Source: Candidatus Cloacimonadales bacterium
GTDB lineage: Bacteria; Cloacimonadota; Cloacimonadia; Cloacimonadales; DAONDQ01
Direction: 5' to 3'
DNA length: 64,000 nucleotides
Assembly: GCA_963662275.1 (NCBI GenBank)
Contig: OY759316.1
Span: 576,001-640,000, forward strand
Shown: positions 1-10,894 of the stretch, in pieces
Layout of the letters: each line of letters starts with the position of its first letter
Numbering within the stretch: the first letter of the stretch is position 1
Notes under the pieces: model-generated
The model's database searches: none
Told to the model about the DNA's origin: nothing
The model's input: only the letters and a program-made list of their open reading frames with translations
Program-made: the position numbers and the translations under genes

Positions 1-377
1 TTGCTAATGACAACATTATATGTTCCTTCCTTCAATCCTGAAAAGGAAAAAGTTCCATCCGCATTTGTTGATGCTGATTTAATAGGAGTTTTTTCCCTAA
101 AATCAAATTCCGTTTGCTGATTTACTTGAACTCCAAGTGCTGGATACTCTTGGTTTATTCGAACAAGGGTTGTGTCAAGTGTAGCTAGATGATAAATAGC
201 AACGGTAGCTCCAGAGTAATCAGTTAAACCTTCAATACTGATTCTACCCGTTAAATTGCTTTTGGGAGATGTAGGAGAAGAACAACCACTTATCATTATT
301 AATACACTGCAAAGAATGAGGCTAATCAAGGTGCACTTATGATAAAATGCTTTTATTGTAACATCATTCAGTTTCAT
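1..377 (-). CDS. Putative lipoprotein with carboxypeptidase-regulatory/Ig-like domain (runs off window start)
   Basis: Manual translation MKLNDVTIKAFYHKCTLISLILCSVLIMISGCSSPTSPK...STNADGTFSFSGLKEGTYNVVIS; lipobox-like ISGC; AAGGAG upstream; absent from ORF track. Confidence 0.65.
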   Translation of the reverse strand, partial: MKLNDVTIKAFYHKCTLISLILCSVLIMISGCSSPTSPKSNLTGRISIEGLTDYSGATVAIYHLATLDTTLVRINQEYPALGVQVNQQTEFDFREKTPIKSASTNADGTFSFSGLKEGTYNVVIS

Positions 378-652
378 ATACTGCTCCTTAATTTATTCAT
401 TTGAATTTTCATATACCTAATACAAATAATCAAGCGAAATTAGCAAGAAAAAAAACATGATGCCAACTATTCTAGAAAAAAAATGTACAGAATTATTGGT
501 TGAAATGAGATGAAGAATTTCTGAATTCAGCTTGTCCATGTGAAATCACTTGCGTATGATGAATAATATGGATTTCGTTTGGGTTTATCAACATTAGACT
601 GTCTTATTGAACAACAAATCATGAGTCAATAATTTGGGATGTCAATTACTTG

Positions 653-2470
653 TTATTTATTTTGATTCATCCAATAATACATATTTACCCATTTCCATAT
701 TTCCTTGGCTGCATGAGTCTTTCGTAATAGATGTTTCTTATAAAGAGACTGCGCTTTTGTTAAATCAATATATTCACTCAACACAGGTAATGAAAGGATT
801 TCTGTAATTCTTGTTTTCCAAATCGGTGTTCTAAACCATTCATCCTGCGGAGTTCCAAAGCCTATCTTGTCTTGTCTAAGCCTGATTTCTTCCGGTAAAA
901 TACCTTTCATAGCTTGACGTAAGATATGCTTTGTCATACCGTTTTTGATAATCATCTCAGATTTTGTAGCTAACGTACGTTCTACTAATCGATAGTCTAA
1001 GAATGGTACTCTGGCTTCCAAAGAAAAGTGCATCGAATTTCTATCTTCCCACTTGAGTAAGTGCTCAAGTTTAAATTCGAAATGATTGAGAAGGGCTTCT
1101 TGCAGTGACTTTGACGAATACAAGTTATCTGATACCTGATTTGTTGCAAGGTATTGAGATACAAAATCAGGATTTAGATATCCAAATTCAGAAACTCTTA
1201 GTTTGGTTCTTGATGAAGATGGAAGTAGAAAATAAATCATAGATTTAATCCCAAATACTGACTTATGTTGATTCAGATACAGTATCATCTCTTTACCTAA
1301 TTTTGCTAGATCAGCTCTTTGCAGTAATTCTTTGAAATAGAAACCAAAAAAGTAATGATATCCTGCTAGCTGTTCATCTGCACCTTGTCCATCTAAAGTT
1401 ACAACGACATGCTCCTTTGCTAACTGCATGACCTTGTACTGGGCATATGGACTTGTAGAAGCTACCGGTTCTCCTATTGCATTGATAAAATCTTCAGTTT
1501 CATCAAATAGACTTTGAGCCGTAGGCGTAGTATAGTGCATATTTGTTAATTGATGTTTGTAAAGGTTGATAAATTTTGATTCATCACCCTTTTCTCCTTG
1601 GGAATAGACTGCAGAAAAAGTATGAATATCATTTTTTCCAAATTTACTTATCAGAGTTGACACGATACTTGAAGAATCCAATCCACCGCTTAGGCATATT
1701 CCTACTGGGACATCACTTCTTAGTCGTAGATTGATTGAAGATGTAAAAACATCAAGATATTCTTCAGGGTTCATAAAAGGTTTTGTAATACTCATCTTCA
1801 AATTGTACCATTGCTTCAGGACTAATCCGTCACAATCGAGGTAAAACTTATACCCATGAGGGATTTTACGGATCTGTTGGTAAAATGTATTCTCTGTCTG
1901 ATCAGTACGGTTGAAAACCAGATAATCAAGCATGGTTTGTTTATTTATAGATAATTCACTTTTATCCAGCCCAACAATCGCATTGATATCAGAAGCATAA
2001 ACGAAACTTTGTTTATTATATAAATAATAAAATGGCTTTACTCCAAATCTATCTCTTGCACCAAAAAGCTTGTTCTCAATCTTGTCGTAAATTACAAAAG
2101 CCCACATTCCATTAAAGCGATCAAGGCATGCATCTCCCCATTGTAAATAACTCTTCAGTAGAACTTCTGTGTCAGTATTTGTCTTGAAAACATGTCCCAA
2201 GGATTTGAGGTCTTCACGCAATTCGATATAGTTGTATAACTCTCCGTTAAAAGTAAGAATATACCTGCTATCTTCCGAAATCATTGGTTGATGTCCTGCC
2301 TGGCTTAGATCAATAATACTAAGTCTGACAAATCCCAAGCCAACGTTCTTGTTAATATATAGCCCTTCATCATCTGGACCTCGATGCTTCATAGCATGCA
2401 TCATGAATCTAATTTTCTCCTCCGCAACCGGTTTATTCTCCAGATTGTATATTCCGCATATGCCACACAT
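653..2470 (-). CDS. asnB: Asparagine synthase (glutamine-hydrolysing)-like amidotransferase, probably glycan amidation
   Basis: N-terminal MCGI, HRGPD, NGELYN, RDRFGVKP, LSGGLDSS, EARVPFLD; glycan-locus context. Confidence 0.9.
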   Translation of the reverse strand: MCGICGIYNLENKPVAEEKIRFMMHAMKHRGPDDEGLYINKNVGLGFVRLSIIDLSQAGHQPMISEDSRYILTFNGELYNYIELREDLKSLGHVFKTNTDTEVLLKSYLQWGDACLDRFNGMWAFVIYDKIENKLFGARDRFGVKPFYYLYNKQSFVYASDINAIVGLDKSELSINKQTMLDYLVFNRTDQTENTFYQQIRKIPHGYKFYLDCDGLVLKQWYNLKMSITKPFMNPEEYLDVFTSSINLRLRSDVPVGICLSGGLDSSSIVSTLISKFGKNDIHTFSAVYSQGEKGDESKFINLYKHQLTNMHYTTPTAQSLFDETEDFINAIGEPVASTSPYAQYKVMQLAKEHVVVTLDGQGADEQLAGYHYFFGFYFKELLQRADLAKLGKEMILYLNQHKSVFGIKSMIYFLLPSSSRTKLRVSEFGYLNPDFVSQYLATNQVSDNLYSSKSLQEALLNHFEFKLEHLLKWEDRNSMHFSLEARVPFLDYRLVERTLATKSEMIIKNGMTKHILRQAMKGILPEEIRLRQDKIGFGTPQDEWFRTPIWKTRITEILSLPVLSEYIDLTKAQSLYKKHLLRKTHAAKEIWKWVNMYYWMNQNK

Positions 2471-2471
2471 A

Positions 2472-3413
2472 TTATACCGTTCCTCTTTTTAGTACAGATT
2501 TGTAGAGTGTTATGATTTTTTTTGCTACTGATTCTGAATCAAGTCCAAGCTGGATTAGTCTTTCACGTCCATGAGTTCTTGTACCATATTGTAATGCAAG
2601 ATCAATCTTACGTGCAAATTCTACAGGATCATGGGATGAAATGAAATAACCCTCTTCATTACCAACCAACCAACTGACATCACCAACATTTGTAGAAACT
2701 ACAGGGCAATTACAAGCCATAGCTTCTTTGATAATTTGGGGAGAGCCTTCTGAAAAGGATGTCATGATAACTAAATCAACAAGGTTCAGCAACAAATTAA
2801 CTTCAGAACGATTCAGTCCTTTTAACTCTATCAGGTTTATATCATAGTTTTCCTTAAGCAAATTGACTGCCTGGAAAGCAAGGGGAGCATTTTTTACAGG
2901 TATCTGAAAATCCGAACAAAAAAGAATATTCACTTTTCCAGATACAATCAAAGGATTATCTGGTAACACATAATTCGTCATGGGACAGAAAGTATCAATA
3001 TCAATACCGCATGGTATCACTGTCGTTTTTTGCTTAGGTACTAATGCTGCCATTTTGTCACTGACAACAATACTTATCGCTAATTTAGGTATGACAACTT
3101 TATCCGCAACAAATCGAAAAGAAGGGCGATTTAAATCACACCCGTGAAAAGTACCGATTTTGATAATCTTGGATTGAAACAGGCAAACGAGGATGGACCA
3201 GATAAAATGACCATGTAAAATATCATAATCATGACGTTTCAAGTATTTTCTCAAACGAAAGATATTTTTTAAGTATCCACGGATTCCTTTACCATTGATC
3301 AGAAAGTTATCCACATGAATCCCTTGTTTTCTTAAAGCATCTCCCTGTTCTTTGACAAAGGGGGATATGCCATATGAAGAATTTCCACTACTTACTAATA
3401 GCACCTTTAACAT
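2472..3413 (-). CDS. Glycosyltransferase family 4
   Basis: IPCGID, SFSEGSPQIIKEAMACNCPVVSTNVGD; start revised to ATG 3413 (MLKVLLVSSG). Confidence 0.85.
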   Translation of the reverse strand: MLKVLLVSSGNSSYGISPFVKEQGDALRKQGIHVDNFLINGKGIRGYLKNIFRLRKYLKRHDYDILHGHFIWSILVCLFQSKIIKIGTFHGCDLNRPSFRFVADKVVIPKLAISIVVSDKMAALVPKQKTTVIPCGIDIDTFCPMTNYVLPDNPLIVSGKVNILFCSDFQIPVKNAPLAFQAVNLLKENYDINLIELKGLNRSEVNLLLNLVDLVIMTSFSEGSPQIIKEAMACNCPVVSTNVGDVSWLVGNEEGYFISSHDPVEFARKIDLALQYGTRTHGRERLIQLGLDSESVAKKIITLYKSVLKRGTV

Positions 3414-3438
3414 TTTTTTCTTATCTGAGTTCTCAACC

Positions 3439-4197
3439 TTATTGCGCAGAATATCCACCATCGATAACCAAATTAGAGCCTGTAATCCAACGTGACCGAT
3501 TGGAAAGAAAAAAAACTGCTGCATCGGCAATATCTTCAGGAAGACCTAGACCAAGAGGATGTCGACTAATGATATCATCTACAGACTCTTTGGATAGATT
3601 CGAAAAAAGATTCTGTACCAATTCTGTTTGTACAATTGCTGGTGAAATGCAGTTTACCCGAATTCTTTTTGTAGCGTATTCCAAAGCAAGTGCTTTTACA
3701 CCGGATATTAAAGCTCCCTTGCTGCTGCAATAGGCAACTTTTCCCGGTTCTCCTAATAAGCCCATGACAGAAGATATAAAAACGAGACTTACCCCATCTG
3801 GCTGCATGTTTTTCTTTTTAATTATCTGTTTTGAAAGTTCAAAACCTGCTACAACATTAAGCGAATAAATTTTTTCATAATCAATTGGATCCGTCATTGG
3901 AAAAGGCTTAGTCATTTCTGTTCCGGCTGAATGGATAAAACCAGAAATTCTCCCTACTTCTTTTACAGCATTTTCAATTATTTCTGGAATCAATTCGTAA
4001 TTCGTAATATCAACTGAGTAGTTTCGATTGTTTATACCTTTTAACAACTGCATAGTATCGTTTAATCTCTTCTGATCTCTTCCGAGAAGGATTAAATTAG
4101 CTCCGAGATTACTGCAACTGATAGCACATGCTCTTCCAATTCCAGATGAAGCACCAGAAATTACGATGGTTTGGGATGATAAGTCGATAAATTTCAT
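3439..4197 (-). CDS. SDR family oxidoreductase (FabG-like)
   Basis: SGASSGIG, YCSSK (YxxxK), RVNCISP, ITGSNLVIDGG. Confidence 0.9.
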   Translation of the reverse strand: MKFIDLSSQTIVISGASSGIGRACAISCSNLGANLILLGRDQKRLNDTMQLLKGINNRNYSVDITNYELIPEIIENAVKEVGRISGFIHSAGTEMTKPFPMTDPIDYEKIYSLNVVAGFELSKQIIKKKNMQPDGVSLVFISSVMGLLGEPGKVAYCSSKGALISGVKALALEYATKRIRVNCISPAIVQTELVQNLFSNLSKESVDDIISRHPLGLGLPEDIADAAVFFLSNRSRWITGSNLVIDGGYSAQ

Positions 4198-4692
4198 AGC
4201 TGCTTAACCCTTGAATGCATATTCTTATAGAAATCCATAAAATTCCTTTATTTTCGATAATTATTATAAAATTGCATCTATATAATTTATTCGGAATATG
4301 TCCAGATATTTCATTTTTTGAACTATTTCAAGACTACTGTATTCGTTTCTGCTTATCCTCTTAGATCAAGTAGGATGAATTCCAACTCTTAAGCAAAATA
4401 GTTCTTGTTATTTCTCTCTATTTGTGATTTCTAATCTCGTAAATAGCAGGTGTCTTCATTTATAATGTAGGGATAATCTAGGGATAATCTAGACTTTGTT
4501 ATGTTATCTTTAGTTTATTGTCCTTTTGTAATTTTGTAATCCGAACTTTTTGATTTATGAGGTATCAAAGGATAAATCGATCATATCTGTGAGAGAAAAT
4601 ATCCAAAAAAGATGAAAATCATTGACATCAATTTAAGATAGCAACAATTCGTCTTTAAAAACACATAGAAGTGTTGAATTGGAGATAGAGCT

Positions 4693-5694
4693 ATGCCAGG
4701 ATGTAAAATATCAATGATTGAGACATATTTTCCCAAAAAAACTGTCACGAATGAAGATTTGTCACAAGAGTTTCCCGATTGGTCACCTCAGAAAATTGAA
4801 AAAAAAATTGGTATCGCAGAAAGACATGTCACTATTGAAAACGAAACTGCTGTGGATCTTGCTCGAGAAGCCTGTCAAAAGTTATTTCTGATAGAAGATA
4901 AATCAAAAATAGATTTCTTGCTTCTTTGCACTCAAAGTCCTGATTATCTGCTTCCTACTTCAGCATGCATTCTTCAGGATCAATTGGGACTTCCAACGAC
5001 AATAGGTGCATTGGATTTTAATCTTGGCTGTTCAGGGTTTGTTTATGGTTTAGCTCTTGCCAAGGGCTTGATCAGCGCTAATATTGCAAAAAATGTTCTT
5101 CTCATAACATCAGAAACTTATTCAAAACACATACATCCTCAAGATAGAGGAAATCGAAGCATCTTCGGAGATGGGGCAGCAGCATGCATTGTATTTGATT
5201 CTGATGATAACGGGATTTTTGATTTTGAACTAGGTACTGATGGGAGAGGATGGGAAAATTTAATTATCCGCAATAAAGGAATGAGAAATTCTTCCATAAA
5301 TAACTCAGAAGATTGGATTGATGAATCGGGATCAATTCGAAATGACAATAATCTGTATATGAATGGTCCAGAAATCTTCAATTTTACTATTGAAGCTGTT
5401 CCTAAATTAATTGAAGAAGTATTGAAAAAGAATAAAGTTGCACTTGCTGATGTGGATTATTTTATTTTCCATCAGGCAAATCAATACATGCTGAATTATC
5501 TCAGAGATATCATTGGAATACCTGAGAGTAAGTTTTATTTAAATATGATGAATACAGGTAACACTGTTTCAGCAACGATTCCTATTGCCTTGAAGGACGC
5601 ATTGGAAAAGATGTTAATAAAAAAAGGTGATAGGGTACTTTTAGCTGGTTTCGGTGTTGGTTATTCGTATGGTTCAACCATAATTACAATATAG
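4693..5694 (+). CDS. Ketoacyl-ACP synthase III (FabH-like)
   Basis: Triad motifs LGCSGF, FHQAN, GNTVSATIP; AGFGVG. Confidence 0.92.
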   Translation: MPGCKISMIETYFPKKTVTNEDLSQEFPDWSPQKIEKKIGIAERHVTIENETAVDLAREACQKLFLIEDKSKIDFLLLCTQSPDYLLPTSACILQDQLGLPTTIGALDFNLGCSGFVYGLALAKGLISANIAKNVLLITSETYSKHIHPQDRGNRSIFGDGAAACIVFDSDDNGIFDFELGTDGRGWENLIIRNKGMRNSSINNSEDWIDESGSIRNDNNLYMNGPEIFNFTIEAVPKLIEEVLKKNKVALADVDYFIFHQANQYMLNYLRDIIGIPESKFYLNMMNTGNTVSATIPIALKDALEKMLIKKGDRVLLAGFGVGYSYGSTIITI

Positions 5695-5708
5695 ATTGAG
5701 GAGATAAA

Positions 5709-5939
5709 ATGGTTATCAATCAGTTTCTTAATGATCTTAAAGATCTACTTGAATTGTCTGAAGATATCGATCTGAATACAGATCTCAAATCACTTGATGA
5801 ATTTGACTCTATGGCTATTATGTCTTTAGTTGCATTCTTACATAAAAAATTTGGAAAGCAATTCAATGCAAGGCAACTGAATAATATTACTACTGTACAG
5901 TCTTTAGTTGACCTAATAGGAAATGATAGTTTTAATTAG
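5709..5939 (+). CDS. Acyl carrier protein
   Basis: 76 aa, acidic, FDSM phosphopantetheine motif; GAGGAG RBS; follows FabH. Confidence 0.85.
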   Translation: MVINQFLNDLKDLLELSEDIDLNTDLKSLDEFDSMAIMSLVAFLHKKFGKQFNARQLNNITTVQSLVDLIGNDSFN

Positions 5940-6022
5940 ATAAAAGAGAATATGCTAAAATGATTCGAGTTACCATAGGAAAAAATGGAAAATTGTTTGT
6001 GTGCGGATAAAAGGCTGAATTT

Positions 6023-7426
6023 ATGTTTCTAAGTTGGCCATATTTCCCAATATTAATTTTTTCGGCAATTATTTACTGGGCACTTCCGAAACAAAGAAAT
6101 CGAAATCTATTTCTGACAGCAGTGAGTTTAGCATTCATCTATTGGTTTGATAAAAATGCTGTTATTGTCGTCATCGGTTTAACTCTATTTACCTTTTTAA
6201 TTGCTTGGTGGATCGAAAAAAGCCAAGGTGGAAAACTTGCACATACGATAGGTATTGTAGGTTTACTACTTGTTCTTGCCATATTTAAGTATTTGGGATT
6301 TTTATCGGGGACTTTAAACAGTCTATTTAGCTTTGTACATCAACTTCCAGTTTTTCAATTTGAGAAATTATTTCTTCCGTTGGGTATTTCATACATTACA
6401 TTTAAATACATAAGTTATTTAACAGATATACAATGGGGGCTTTTCAAAAAAGGTAACTTTCTTGATTTACTTTGCTATGGAAGTTTGTTTACAATTTTCG
6501 CGGCAGGTCCTATTGAACGTTTTGATCGCATGAAACCTCAATTCGAATCTGATAAAATTGTCTTTAAATTGAATTACGTTGAAGTTGCTTTTGAAAGGAT
6601 TATCTTTGGTCTTTTTCAGAAACAAATATTAGCTGATCGTTTGGCTGAGTATACATTGCAATTCTGGTATTATCCAACAACGTATACTCTAGTATCTCAG
6701 ATAATAGTGCTATTTGGATATGCACTCCAAATGTATTTAGATTTTTCCGGTTATAGTAGTATAGCAATCGGTTCATCTAGATTGTTTGGATTGACAATTA
6801 TGGAGAACTTCAATAATCCTTATTTGGCATCTAATATTAGTCAATTCTGGAGGCGATGGCACATTTCCTTGTCAGAGTGGATTCGTGATTATATATTCTT
6901 CCCTCTGTATCAATACAAATCATATAGTTTTTGGCTTTTCGTATGTGTTCCGATTATTGCAATGGCTTTATGTGGGCTTTGGCATGGAGCATCCTGGAAT
7001 TATGTACTTTGGGGTATTTGGCATGGAGTAGGAATAGCTATTTATCATTATTGGAATAAGTACAAGAAGAAACATAAAAAGTTTGAATTAGCTCTAAATA
7101 CTCCAATAATTTCCCGAACGGCTATTCTTGTTACATTTTTCTATGTTTCGTTGGGGGGGATTATTTTTCGTACAACAAATCTCGGTCATTTAACAAATTT
7201 ATTTTTTCACCATGGCGAGCAAGAATTAAGTATTCGAGGCAAAGCACTTATATTAGTTTTGCTGCTATGCATATTCCTTGTACCCAATTATCATAAGATA
7301 TTACAGAAAATCTCGATGAAAAGATATTACCCATATGTGAAATGGTTTGTGTTATTTGTTATCATTGAATCTATCTTCTTTTTATCACCAGCCACTTCTG
7401 CGCTTTTTATTTATGCAGGATTCTGA
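6023..7426 (+). CDS. MBOAT O-acyltransferase (AlgI/DltB-like) with fused C-terminal FIYAGF motif
   Basis: LPLGISY, AGPIER, DFSGYS, FWRRWHISLS, GLWHGA (catalytic His); ends LFIYAGF. Confidence 0.92.
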   Translation: MFLSWPYFPILIFSAIIYWALPKQRNRNLFLTAVSLAFIYWFDKNAVIVVIGLTLFTFLIAWWIEKSQGGKLAHTIGIVGLLLVLAIFKYLGFLSGTLNSLFSFVHQLPVFQFEKLFLPLGISYITFKYISYLTDIQWGLFKKGNFLDLLCYGSLFTIFAAGPIERFDRMKPQFESDKIVFKLNYVEVAFERIIFGLFQKQILADRLAEYTLQFWYYPTTYTLVSQIIVLFGYALQMYLDFSGYSSIAIGSSRLFGLTIMENFNNPYLASNISQFWRRWHISLSEWIRDYIFFPLYQYKSYSFWLFVCVPIIAMALCGLWHGASWNYVLWGIWHGVGIAIYHYWNKYKKKHKKFELALNTPIISRTAILVTFFYVSLGGIIFRTTNLGHLTNLFFHHGEQELSIRGKALILVLLLCIFLVPNYHKILQKISMKRYYPYVKWFVLFVIIESIFFLSPATSALFIYAGF

Positions 7427-8346
7427 TGAAAAAGCTCATTATTTACATTCTTTTCATCCCTTGCATTATCACCATGAATAATCTAGTTAATCTGACTATC
7501 AGTAATAACTTCGCTGAGGATGTATTTACGAATGAATATCCATATCAATGGGTGGAAAAATTACATGTAAAACCTAAGATAGTTCTTGTGGGTAGCTGTA
7601 CAACTCAAACTGGCTATTCTGCAAAAGAGCTACAGAAATTATTAGGATTACGAGATGGAGAAGTGATTAATCTTGCCACCGCTCCTAGTAGTCCAGAAAT
7701 TACGTACTTTATTGTGAAGAAGTATATTGATAAATTTGATGATAACGCATTAATATTGTATGGTTTTGACCCAGAAATTCTTAGTGAAGTTTATTATCAT
7801 TATTTGAATATTTTATTATCGCACTGGTCATTAAGGGAAAGAATTAGTTATATCTCATCACATAACACTGATTTTCCAACAACTATGAATATTGTTAATG
7901 GGGGGAATGTTTTCATGAATATCGAGGACATTTTTGTTACTAACAGTAAGGATACCAAAGGGGATGATTATGGAAGTACTAAGTATTTAAGAGGATTAGA
8001 TCCAACTATACCTGTCGAGCAATCTTTTTGTCTTTCTACATTTCATATTTCTCAGCGTTTTTTACAGAATTTCGCAAAACTAGATAATCTTGTATATCAA
8101 AAACACAGAAAAATGATCGTCTATTATCCAGCGTATTCAAATCGCTTTATGAAGCAATATATTGAATTAAATTATCATAACAATATTCAGACTCAATTAC
8201 ATAAAGTCATAAAGTATAGCCGGTTTGAAGACCAGTTAACAACACACCCAGATTCATGCTATCTTGATTTGATTCACATTTCACTAAAAGGAAAGAAAAC
8301 AAATCTACCAAGAATCCTCAGGTTAATACAGAAATCAGGAAACTGA
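7426..8346 (+). CDS. Membrane-anchored SGNH-like/DltD-like acyltransferase partner
   Basis: N-terminal TM; VLVGSCTT block-I-like motif; VINLA; C-terminal DLIH; TGATG coupling to MBOAT. Confidence 0.65.
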   Translation: MKKLIIYILFIPCIITMNNLVNLTISNNFAEDVFTNEYPYQWVEKLHVKPKIVLVGSCTTQTGYSAKELQKLLGLRDGEVINLATAPSSPEITYFIVKKYIDKFDDNALILYGFDPEILSEVYYHYLNILLSHWSLRERISYISSHNTDFPTTMNIVNGGNVFMNIEDIFVTNSKDTKGDDYGSTKYLRGLDPTIPVEQSFCLSTFHISQRFLQNFAKLDNLVYQKHRKMIVYYPAYSNRFMKQYIELNYHNNIQTQLHKVIKYSRFEDQLTTHPDSCYLDLIHISLKGKKTNLPRILRLIQKSGN

Positions 8347-8439
8347 TATTAATATGAAAAAGAGCATTCCAATTGAATTCATGATCCTAATAACAATCAA
8401 GATGAATCAGTGGTTAGCAGTGGCTCGGAAATTTAAGTT

Positions 8440-9840
8440 ATGTTTTTAAGTTGGTTCTATTTTCCTTTTTTAGGGATAGTAGCTTTCATTTATTGGATGC
8501 TTCCTAAACAAAAAATACGGAATATTTTTCTATCATTCGTTAGTTTTGTATTCATTTATTGGTTTGATAAAAAATCCATTGTGGTCATTCTTGGTCTCAC
8601 GATATTCACTTTTGCGATAGCTAGTTGGATTGAAAAAAGGAATGGAGGAAAACTTGCTCATACTATCGGAGTAATTGGATTAATTATCATACTTGCCATA
8701 TTTAAATACTTGGGATTTTTATCGGGAATTCTAAATAGCTTAGTGAGCTTTGTGCATCAACTTCCGAGTTTTCAAATAGAAAAATTATTTCTTCCTCTAG
8801 GTATTTCATATATTATATTTAAGTATATTAGTTATATCACTGATATTTATTGGGGGACTTTAAAGAAAGGAAGTTTTGTTGATCTGTTATGCTACGGGAG
8901 TTTATTTACAATTTTAGAAGCTGGACCTATTGAACGTTTTGAAAGGATGCAGCCTCAACTAGAATCAAGTAAGATCATATTTGATGTTAAACATGTTGAA
9001 GTAGCAATAGAAAGGATTATCTTCGGACTTTTATTAAAACAAGTAATCGCAAACCGATTAGCTGAATACACGATCACATTCTGGCAAGATCCATCTAAAT
9101 ACTCCTTAGTAGCCCAGGTCACAGCACTATTTGGATATTCCCTTCAGATTTATTTCGATTTTGCCGGTTACAGTAGTATTGCTATCGGATCATCTAGATT
9201 ACTCGGTTTGAAGATAATGGAGAATTTTGATAATCCGTATCTTTCATCTAATATCAGCCAATTTTGGCGTCGTTGGCACATTTCATTGTCCGATTGGATA
9301 CGAGATTATATCTATTTCCCACTGTCCCAAAATCAATCCAATAGATTCTGGATTCTGATTTGTGTACCGATAATCTCAATGTCTTTGTGTGGATTGTGGC
9401 ATGGTGCATCATGGAATTTTGTGATATGGGGAGCATGGCACGGTGTTGGGATTGTTATTTATCAAAATTGGAATAAGTATAAGAGACAGCACAAAAAATC
9501 AGTATTAGCTCTGAATACTCCTTTAATTTCTTTTGTTGCTATGATAATTACATTTATCTATGTTTCATTGGGATGGATGTTATTTCTCTCTACAGATATC
9601 TCCCATGTGACAGATATTCTGATCAAACATGGCGGGAAAGCATTAAGTATACGCTCTACAGTACTCATTTTAGTACTGTTGCTATGCATTTTTCTCGTAC
9701 CCAATTATAATAACATATTGAAGAAATTATCAGAGAAAAGATACTACCAATTTTTGAAATGGCTTACTTTGTTTATTATCTTGGAATGCATTTTAAATTT
9801 ATCATCAGCCAAGACGCTTTTTATTTATGCAGGTTTCTGA
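8440..9840 (+). CDS. MBOAT O-acyltransferase, paralog of 6023-7426, fused FIYAGF tail
   Basis: Same motifs, collinear with the first copy; ends LFIYAGF. Confidence 0.92.
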   Translation: MFLSWFYFPFLGIVAFIYWMLPKQKIRNIFLSFVSFVFIYWFDKKSIVVILGLTIFTFAIASWIEKRNGGKLAHTIGVIGLIIILAIFKYLGFLSGILNSLVSFVHQLPSFQIEKLFLPLGISYIIFKYISYITDIYWGTLKKGSFVDLLCYGSLFTILEAGPIERFERMQPQLESSKIIFDVKHVEVAIERIIFGLLLKQVIANRLAEYTITFWQDPSKYSLVAQVTALFGYSLQIYFDFAGYSSIAIGSSRLLGLKIMENFDNPYLSSNISQFWRRWHISLSDWIRDYIYFPLSQNQSNRFWILICVPIISMSLCGLWHGASWNFVIWGAWHGVGIVIYQNWNKYKRQHKKSVLALNTPLISFVAMIITFIYVSLGWMLFLSTDISHVTDILIKHGGKALSIRSTVLILVLLLCIFLVPNYNNILKKLSEKRYYQFLKWLTLFIILECILNLSSAKTLFIYAGF

Positions 9841-10778
9841 TGAAAAAGTTAATTTTTTTAGTTATCTTCATACCCTGTACTATTATCCTGAATAATGTAA
9901 TTAATCTGATGATTAGTAGTAACTTTGCTGACTATGTGTATACAAAAGAATTCCCCTATCAATGGGTTACTAAACTATCTGTAAGTCCCAAAATAATCTT
10001 GGTAGGTAGTTGTACGACGAGAAGAGCTTACTCGTCAAAAGCGCTACAGGAGGCATTAGGATTGCAGGATGGGGAAGTAATAAATCTTGCGACAACTCCA
10101 AATAATCCAGAGATCACATATTTTCTGGTGAACAAGTACATTAATAGCTTTGCTAGTAATGCTCTCATTTTGTATGGTATCGACCCCTTTATCCTTAGTG
10201 AGATTTATTATAAGAATTTTAACATTCTATTGTCTCAGTGGAGTTTGAAAGAACGATTCGATTATGTTGCTGCAAATAATAGTGATTTCCCCACTACAAT
10301 GAATATCGTAGATGGAGGTAACGTTTTCATGAATATAAAGGAAATTGTCATGAATAACAACACTGATACAAAGCTAAATGATTTCGGCAGCACTATTCCA
10401 AGTAAGGTTGCAGAATCTGATCAACCTCCACTCAATCAATGGTTTTATCTTTCTACTTATAATATATCTCAGCGTTTTATGGAGAATGTCTCAAAACTCG
10501 ATAAATTAGTATATCAAAAACACCGAAAAATGATTGTCTATTATCCCGTTTATCCGGATTGTTATATGAAGCAATATGAAAAGATCAATTGTCATAACAG
10601 CATTCAGGCTCAATTACATAAAGCTATTCAACTAAATCGTTTCGATGACCAATTATCAACTTATCCTGATTCCTGCTACGTTGATCTTGTACATATTTCT
10701 CAAAAAGCGAGAAATGATTTTTTAGCAAGTATAATTGATGTCATTAAGAGATCCGGATTCCAAGTTACAACAAAATAG
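9840..10778 (+). CDS. SGNH-like/DltD-like partner, paralog of 7426-8346
   Basis: Start revised to ATG 9840 (TGATG coupling, MKKLIF); ILVGSCTT, VINLA, DLVH. Confidence 0.65.
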   Translation: MKKLIFLVIFIPCTIILNNVINLMISSNFADYVYTKEFPYQWVTKLSVSPKIILVGSCTTRRAYSSKALQEALGLQDGEVINLATTPNNPEITYFLVNKYINSFASNALILYGIDPFILSEIYYKNFNILLSQWSLKERFDYVAANNSDFPTTMNIVDGGNVFMNIKEIVMNNNTDTKLNDFGSTIPSKVAESDQPPLNQWFYLSTYNISQRFMENVSKLDKLVYQKHRKMIVYYPVYPDCYMKQYEKINCHNSIQAQLHKAIQLNRFDDQLSTYPDSCYVDLVHISQKARNDFLASIIDVIKRSGFQVTTK

Positions 10779-10894
10779 CAATACTGCAACCGATAACTAG
10801 CCTTTTATACACAAAATGAATTGTGGTTCATTGAAGATGAATGTGAAGTTCAGTACTTTTCTTAGTCGGATTCAATAAATGAGAACAATATAAC

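Noticed and set aside
4198..10894. Recombinase-driven invertible segment
   Set aside because: No inverted repeats at either junction and no invertase nearby
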